Shown in pieces: positions 58,931-64,000 of a stretch of DNA of 64,000 nt; position 1 is the stretch's first letter, and each line of letters opens with the position of its first letter. Made by a program: the position numbers and the translations under genes. The stretch covers positions 32,001 to 96,000 of the IMG/VR virus record IMGVR_UViG_2974624810_000001; one strand, written 5' to 3'. This DNA is from a virus. Lineage: Duplodnaviria; Caudoviricetes. Under the pieces are notes generated by a model that was not told the origin of the DNA, searched no databases, and saw nothing but the letters and a program-made list of their open reading frames with translations.

Positions 58931-59365
58931 ATGAAGACATGCTATGATTGTAAGAAGGAAAAGCCATTCAGCGAGTTCGCCAAGAACAAGGCTCGTAAAG
59001 ATGGTCACAATGGACAGTGTAAGTCATGTAAGAACGCTTACACAAAGAAGCATTACAGTGATAACAAAGATTACTATGTAGGTAAGGCTCGCAAAAATGG
59101 TGAGTCCTATCGGGCGGCAGCTAGAGAGTTTCTGTGGGACTATCTAAGCAAGCATCCATGTATTGACTGTGGAGAGTCTGACCCGATAGTATTGGAACTA
59201 GACCACAGAAATGGTGTGACGAAGGTCAAAGGTCTTGGGCCAATGGCCAAGGATGGCTCGCTTGACAAGATGAGAGCAGAGCTACTAAAATGTGATGTGA
59301 GATGTTGCAACTGCCATCGACGCAGAACAGCAAAGCAATTTGGTTGGTGGCAGTTGCTTAAATAA
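58931..59365 (+). CDS. HNH endonuclease (paralog of 53401)
   Basis: HPCIDCGESD..LELDH..KCDVRC.NCH. Confidence 0.88.
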   Translation: MKTCYDCKKEKPFSEFAKNKARKDGHNGQCKSCKNAYTKKHYSDNKDYYVGKARKNGESYRAAAREFLWDYLSKHPCIDCGESDPIVLELDHRNGVTKVKGLGPMAKDGSLDKMRAELLKCDVRCCNCHRRRTAKQFGWWQLLK

Positions 59366-59366
59366 T

Positions 59367-59442
59367 GCCCTAGTATCCGCTCTGGCTTCGAACCAGTTGA
59401 AACGGTAATGGATACATGTAGGTTCGAATCCTATCTGGGGCA
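59367..59442 (+). tRNA. Non-canonical tRNA-Arg(TCG), relocated D-loop
   Basis: GCCCTAG/CTGGGGC; CTGG-CTTCGAA-CCAG; TAATGGA before T arm. Confidence 0.78.
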
Positions 59443-59644
59443 CTTGACATAGCCAAGATGGCATGTCATTGTTAAGGGCACAGCGGACAAGGCTTAGGCG
59501 GATGAAACAGGCCGGTGGGATGCGAGTGGCTGACCAGTCCTTGACACAAGCGGGGAACGTTGAGTATGCTAACCTCATAGAGGAACGACGACTAACAAGT
59601 TCCCCGCTTTTTAATAAACAACTATAGTAACTAGGAGTTACACA

Positions 59645-60310
59645 ATGGGTCTTTTCGGTAAGAAGGACAACAAGGGCACTACGTCTGACGGAGCATCTGC
59701 GACTCAGGCTGCGCCTGCGGTCTCTACCGGTAAGCTCAATCTGAGTAAGGGTGGCAGCTCTGCTTTCAGCCTGGAAAAGGGCACGCGAGTCACTGCTACT
59801 CTTGAGTGGGATGGCGGAAGTTCAGCCCGTCGTGCTCGTGGTGCGGACCTTGAGCTTTATGCTCTGTACGTCACTAAGGGCAAGGCAAACAAGATGCGCA
59901 AGGATGCTGGTGGCGCAGTCTATTGGAACAACCTGGCAGCAGATGGCATTCGTCATCTTGGTGACTCCCTTGTTCCTGGCAAGGAGACTGTTGTCATTGA
60001 GCGTACTGACAACATTGCGTACGTTCTCATCGTTGCCTACTCTGCTGTAAGCAACGGTCCTGGCTCCTTCAAGTCTTTCGGGGCTAAGGCTGTTGTCACT
60101 GATGGCAAGGGTCAGACTGTGACGGCTCCTCTGTATAACGACAATCACGGCAGCTACTGGGTAGCCATCGCGCTTGTTGATTTCACTGTAGAGGGACAGG
60201 TTGCCATCAAGCACGTTGAGGATTACTCTCGTGGTGGTGAGCGTCGTCCGGTTCTGTATTCTGACGGTTCTCACAAGATGGATGTTGGCCCGGTCGAGTT
60301 CAAGAGTTGA
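59645..60310 (+). CDS. TerD/TerZ-like stress-domain protein
   Basis: LNLSKG..L.W..ADLELYA..VYWNNL..GIRH.GD; AGGAG RBS; promoter 59541-59570. Confidence 0.7.
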   Translation: MGLFGKKDNKGTTSDGASATQAAPAVSTGKLNLSKGGSSAFSLEKGTRVTATLEWDGGSSARRARGADLELYALYVTKGKANKMRKDAGGAVYWNNLAADGIRHLGDSLVPGKETVVIERTDNIAYVLIVAYSAVSNGPGSFKSFGAKAVVTDGKGQTVTAPLYNDNHGSYWVAIALVDFTVEGQVAIKHVEDYSRGGERRPVLYSDGSHKMDVGPVEFKS

Positions 60311-60335
60311 CACACTCGACAGGATGATGTAGAGT
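60307..60335 (+). promoter_or_regulatory. Promoter for a non-coding structured region
   Basis: TTGACA-N17-TAGAGT. Confidence 0.75.
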
Positions 60336-60543
60336 AGTAAACATCAGGGAAACCCGCTCAAACTTGGCCTAAGAAGCCCGGTGGCGTTCAGGGAAGCGGG
60401 GATGTGTGGTAGAGTGAACGTACCCACACAAGGCCAAAGTAGAAAGTCCCCGAAATGGTCTTGACAAATTGCTGGGCAAGCGCTACAGTCGAAGAGGTGG
60501 AGCGAAAGCAGAGAAGCCAATGACTCGACCCAAAGCGCTATAT

Positions 60544-60615
60544 GGCAGTGTGGTGAAACGGCTATCACGTTCCCCTCATAAGGGAAAATCGAAGGTTCGA
60601 TTCCTTCCATTGCTA
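60544..60615 (+). tRNA. tRNA-Met(CAT), elongator-like (Ile2 not excluded)
   Basis: TTCCC-CTCATAA-GGGAA; promoter 60461-60489. Confidence 0.88.
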
Positions 60616-60617
60616 CT

Positions 60618-60689
60618 TGCAGGTTAGTGAAACGGTATCACGTAGGGCTCATAATCCTAAATTCCTGTTCGAATCAGGGCCTGCCCCCA
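60618..60689 (+). tRNA. tRNA-Met(CAT), initiator-like
   Basis: TAGGG-CTCATAA-TCCTA; 1:72 mismatch; appears 1 nt short at T/acceptor junction. Confidence 0.7.
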
Positions 60690-61078
60690 CGTAACACAAA
60701 CAATCAAGCGATACACAACAAGGAGAAATAACATGCCTGGTCCTCTTTCTACCCCGAACTCCTCCAAGCCGATGACTCAGAAGGAGCTTCGGGAGCGCGT
60801 TGAGAACCTGATGCGGGGTAAGGCTCCGCAGACTGGCAAGACTGCGAAGAAGCGCGGTCACTGACTTTCAAGGAGATTAAATGCACGGTAAGAGTGTAAA
60901 GTATCTCAACACAGCACACTCTGAATCAGAGCGTGATAGGATGGTCAAGGATTTTGAGAAGGCTCTGAAGAGGAACAAGCTGCCTGGTAGAATTGAGGCA
61001 GAGTTCCGAAGGGTCAAGTACACCCATCAGTGGGACATCTACCACATAGTAGATTGAAAAAAGGCCCTTTGGGGCTAT

Positions 61079-61160
61079 GCGTAAGCGGCGAAGTTGGAGA
61101 GACGCGGTGGTCTGTAAAACCATTCCTTCGGGTGAGTCAGTTCGAATCTGACCTTACGCA
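61079..61160 (+). tRNA. tRNA-Tyr(GTA)
   Basis: GTGGT-CTGTAAA-ACCAT; variable arm. Confidence 0.9.
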
Positions 61161-61216
61161 CGTACAGTATAATAGAAAGAAGAGGTTGTAGCAGCTCCTC
61201 TGGAAAAGCTGCCTAT

Positions 61217-61288
61217 GCATGTAAGCCAGGGATAAGCTAGGCGGGCCTGTAAAGCCCTACCTCGATGGTTCGAATCCGTCTACATGCA
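61217..61288 (+). tRNA. tRNA-Tyr(GTA), atypical, no long variable arm
   Basis: GCATGTA/TACATGC-A; GGGC-CTGTAAA-GCCC. Confidence 0.72.
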
Positions 61289-61387
61289 CCGGGGTCACAT
61301 CCTACCCCGAAGCTTACAGCTTGACTTTCTCTCTACAGGGCCCGTAGAATTAAGAGAAGCCAGGCCGAGGAGCAAAGGATGTCCTAT

Positions 61388-61462
61388 GGTGGCTGTATCA
61401 TAAAAGTAATGTACTAGGCTGTGAACCTAGGTAAGAGGGGGCGGTACCCTCCAGTCACCCCA
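61388..61462 (+). tRNA. tRNA-His(GTG), atypical T loop
   Basis: G-1:C73, encoded CCA; CTAGG-CTGTGAA-CCTAG; T loop GGCGGTA. Confidence 0.82.
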
Positions 61463-61485
61463 AGTAGGTTAACTCCTACAATCAT

Positions 61486-61561
61486 GGGGTTGGTAGCTCA
61501 ATTGGATTAGAGCGCTGCGTTGTGGTCGCAGTGGTTGAGGGTTCGAGTCCCTTCCTTCCCA
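61486..61561 (+). tRNA. tRNA-His(GTG)
   Basis: CTGCG-TTGTGGT-CGCAG; two acceptor mismatches; A73. Confidence 0.8.
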
Positions 61562-61743
61562 CTTGTTAGTCACCTGTGCTGCTAGGGATAATGGGCAGCC
61601 TCGCATAGGGTGCAAGGATTGCAGGAAACTCGGCGCGCAGAGACCAGCAATCTCGTAAAAAGCTATCCCGGAAACTTGGGTGGCTGTACGGCAAAAGGTC
61701 CGTATGGTGATATCTCTCCAAACTCCCTAAAGGTTTGGCGCAA

Positions 61744-61815
61744 GGGCATGTAGCTCAGTTGGTAGAGCGTCGGTGTGAAGTACCGAGTGCGAGGGTTCGA
61801 TTCCCTACTTGCCCA
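61744..61815 (+). tRNA. tRNA-Phe(GAA)
   Basis: TCGGT-GTGAAGT-ACCGA. Confidence 0.85.
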
Positions 61816-61816
61816 C

Positions 61817-62146
61817 ATGAATAGAATGAGAAAGGCAGCCAGTGTTGCTAGCCTTCTTCTCGTTCTTGTTGGATGCGGTAGCGATAACAAGGATAGTCTA
61901 ACAACTACAGACAAAGCGTATGTTAAAACGTTGAGAGAAGAAATCACTGGTGTCAAGGATATGAGCGACAATAAGCTAATCGCTCTGGCGCATGAAGCTT
62001 GTGCTGGTTCTGACAATGGTGATGAGTTCAATGAAACCGTTCGCAAAGTCAGTAGTTATGGCCTGACAGAAAGTGATTCTGCTTACCTTACAGGAGCTGC
62101 ATTCGCTGCGTATTGTCCAGATAATGTAAGTAAAATCGGAAGCTGA
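61817..62146 (+). CDS. Lipoprotein (DUF732-like)
   Basis: Signal peptide with LVGC lipobox; D..Y...L..AC..A.AAYCP. Confidence 0.75.
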   Translation: MNRMRKAASVASLLLVLVGCGSDNKDSLTTTDKAYVKTLREEITGVKDMSDNKLIALAHEACAGSDNGDEFNETVRKVSSYGLTESDSAYLTGAAFAAYCPDNVSKIGS

Positions 62147-62147
62147 C

Positions 62148-62387
62148 ATGATGCAAATAGACATTAGATACTCATTCGGAAACGGGCCCTACACAGTAGG
62201 TGGAGAGATTGATGAAGTTCCATTCGAGATGACATATCACGATGGAGAGGCATATCTCATCGTCTTGACTGACGACTTCGTTCTTCGAACATTCTGTGTC
62301 TACAGTCCAATGCATGGCAAGCTGGATAATCTGATGACAGGGCAGTTGATATTCAATTTGGCCCGGCAGCTTGACAGCGAAGCTTGA
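62148..62387 (+). CDS. Hypothetical protein
   Basis: ORF in operon. Confidence 0.55.
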   Translation: MMQIDIRYSFGNGPYTVGGEIDEVPFEMTYHDGEAYLIVLTDDFVLRTFCVYSPMHGKLDNLMTGQLIFNLARQLDSEA

Positions 62388-62406
62388 TTCCTGTAAGGTA
62401 GTTTAT

Positions 62407-62480
62407 GAGGTAGAAGCAACGGGTGTTGCCGACAGTCTGCAAAACTGTTCGTATTTGGAGTTCGACTCTCCTCTATCTCT
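62407..62480 (+). tRNA. tRNA-Cys(GCA)
   Basis: ACAGT-CTGCAAA-ACTGT; U73; promoter 62371-62399. Confidence 0.85.
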
Positions 62481-62496
62481 CTGGTACAATAGAAAT

Positions 62497-62571
62497 GCCT
62501 CGTTAGCTCATTTGGTGTAGAGCGACGCTCTTGTAAAGCGTAGGTGGTCGGTTCGAAACCGACACGAGGCT
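62497..62571 (+). tRNA. tRNA-Thr(TGT)
   Basis: ACGCT-CTTGTAA-AGCGT. Confidence 0.92.
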
Positions 62572-62664
62572 CAATGAGGAGTCATGCTGGGGAGAATGCA
62601 ACCGAACTAGCCTCTGGCAAATCAGGACGGTCTAGTAGCTAGTTGCAGGCGAACGGCCTTTAAT

Positions 62665-62737
62665 GCCTAGTTAGTGACAGTGGTAGAACATTTCCTTGGT
62701 ACGGAAAAGGTCGTGGGTTCGATTCCCACACTAGGCT
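62665..62737 (+). tRNA. tRNA-Thr(GGT)
   Basis: TTTCC-TTGGTAC-GGAAA. Confidence 0.9.
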
Positions 62738-62856
62738 CGTTATGAATACAATTAAGCTAAGGCTCAAGGCTTTGTTTCACAAGGCTAAGCCATATATCCC
62801 ACTAGCACTCGCTTGGTGGAAGTCACGCAAGAACAAGACTCGCTAAGAGTCTTCAT

Positions 62857-62933
62857 ACTCTCGTATACCCTCTGGCTACGAACCAGTTGAAAGGTTAAAG
62901 GACTACATGGAGGTTCGAATCCTCTCGGGAGTG
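62857..62933 (+). tRNA. Non-canonical tRNA-Arg(ACG), relocated D-loop
   Basis: ACTCTCG/CGGGAGT; CTGG-CTACGAA-CCAG; TAAAGGA before T arm. Confidence 0.78.
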
Positions 62934-62986
62934 CTGGCCCAAGTCAATATGGCTTGGGCCTTAATTCATGTTAGAGGTGATTTAAC

Positions 62987-63217
62987 ATGCACGAAATCGA
63001 CCGGTGGGAAGGTGAAGGTGGTTTGGTCTACGACCTAACACATAGAGAAAAGCTTATGACAATGCTTCGCCAAGCTGGTATTCGTTTTGAAGAAGACGCA
63101 TTTGGAGAGGAAGGAACAGACAACGATATCACTGTCTATCCGAGCAACGACGAGAGAGTCTATTTCTCCTTTACGCCGGATGGTTTTCTCAGTGGTATCA
63201 ATGTCTTTTACTCATGA
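62987..63217 (+). CDS. Hypothetical protein
   Basis: GAGGTG RBS. Confidence 0.6.
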   Translation: MHEIDRWEGEGGLVYDLTHREKLMTMLRQAGIRFEEDAFGEEGTDNDITVYPSNDERVYFSFTPDGFLSGINVFYS

Positions 63218-63771
63218 AAACATTTTACGACACTGAATTTCTAGAGACTGGACCAGACGAGCCTGTAAGGTTCATCAGTCTAGGCGCGGTACGTGAGGAT
63301 GGCGAGGAACTGTATCTCATCACCAACAACCTCTACGTTCTCCAGAGAGCAAACGAGAATGAGTGGATGAGGGAGAACGTCATCCGCCATTTGCCAGTTA
63401 AGCAGGCGGACGCTGGTGGCCTAGCATGGGATACTCAGCATGCTGACTATCATCGAGTCCTGCCCAACGAGGTGATTGCTGGACTATGGAGAGACTTCGT
63501 CATCGACTACACTCCTGAGTATGAGTTTGACAAGCCTGAGCTGTGGGCCTACTATGGAGCCTATGACCATGTGGTGGTCAGTCAGCTCTTTGGCCGTATG
63601 ATTGACTTGCCAGATGGCATGCCAATGTATACGATGGACATCAAGCAGCGTTGGGCACGAGAAGGAAAGCCTGTTCTGCCAGAGCAAGAAGCCAATGCTC
63701 ACAAGGCTATTGACGACGCCCGGTGGAACAAGGTAGCATATGAGTATCTGGACGAGCTAAGAGAGGCGTGA
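63214..63771 (+). CDS. DEDDh 3'-5' exoribonuclease (RNase AS/Rv2179c-like)
   Basis: FYDTEF, WAYYGAYDHV...QLFG.M..LP, H.A.DDARWN. Confidence 0.85.
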   Translation: MKTFYDTEFLETGPDEPVRFISLGAVREDGEELYLITNNLYVLQRANENEWMRENVIRHLPVKQADAGGLAWDTQHADYHRVLPNEVIAGLWRDFVIDYTPEYEFDKPELWAYYGAYDHVVVSQLFGRMIDLPDGMPMYTMDIKQRWAREGKPVLPEQEANAHKAIDDARWNKVAYEYLDELREA

Positions 63772-64000
63772 TGTGAAAGATTTTATATGCAAGTCCTGTG
63801 GTATGTTCACTAATGAAGTGGACCAAAACAAGGCCACTAAGCTTCATAGAGAAAGACGGCCTGACCACGCTCCCAACTTGATTACTTCTGGCCAATGGGT
63901 TAGGATGATAGAGAAGATGAAGTCATGAAGGATGAAATTCTGATTTGTGACAAGTGTGGCTTCATGGGGACTTCAAGTAAAAAGGAGTCTGAGGAGAAGC

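Noticed and set aside
39596-62660. HDV-like (theta) ribozymes at tRNA 3' ends
   Set aside because: I could not fit the full P1/P2/P3/P1.1/P4 pattern by eye; a motif search is needed to exclude it.
39525-62933. Suppressor tRNA or stop-codon recoding
   Set aside because: No CTA, TTA or TCA anticodon found, and all three stop codons end genes normally.
16-63895. Minus-strand ORFs in the track (e.g. 26756-27622, 28175-28900, 59822-60313)
   Set aside because: They lie antisense to well-supported + strand genes or RNAs and show no motifs; treated as shadow frames.
39420-64000. Full-length tmRNA
   Set aside because: Only the 77-nt TLD-like element was found; no long element with a tag ORF between matching ends.

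Overview
A 64 kb segment of a large lytic actinobacteriophage genome; all credible genes are on the + strand. Gene content resembles the Streptomyces siphoviruses of clusters BE/BK (inference). Positions 1-18 kb hold the tail module: end of major tail protein, chaperones, a 2104-aa tape measure protein with lytic domains, minor tail proteins and a 2004-aa fibre. Positions 18-39 kb hold holin, a replisome (DnaB, primase, SSB, DnaE), recombination genes (RecA, Cas4-like, RuvC) and terminase. Positions 39-64 kb are an RNA-dense accessory region with 36 roughly canonical tRNA genes read by eye, three of the five HNH genes, a Ro60/TROVE gene, a nucleotidyltransferase, an FtsK/TraB-like translocase, a TerD-like gene and many structured spacers. 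Most interesting signals: (1) four tRNAs (Arg-UCU, Arg-UCG, Arg-ACG, Ile-GAU) share a rewired fold in which the D-loop GG motif lies 3' of the anticodon arm; (2) three homologous Y-RNA-like genes accompany the Ro60 gene; (3) a 77-nt RNA looks like the tmRNA tRNA-like domain with no mRNA domain; (4) a TraB-like translocase lies near a dense GACA/TGTC repeat locus; (5) promoters nested in RBS-occluding hairpins precede terminase and holin. All calls are by eye, with no database searches or folding runs.
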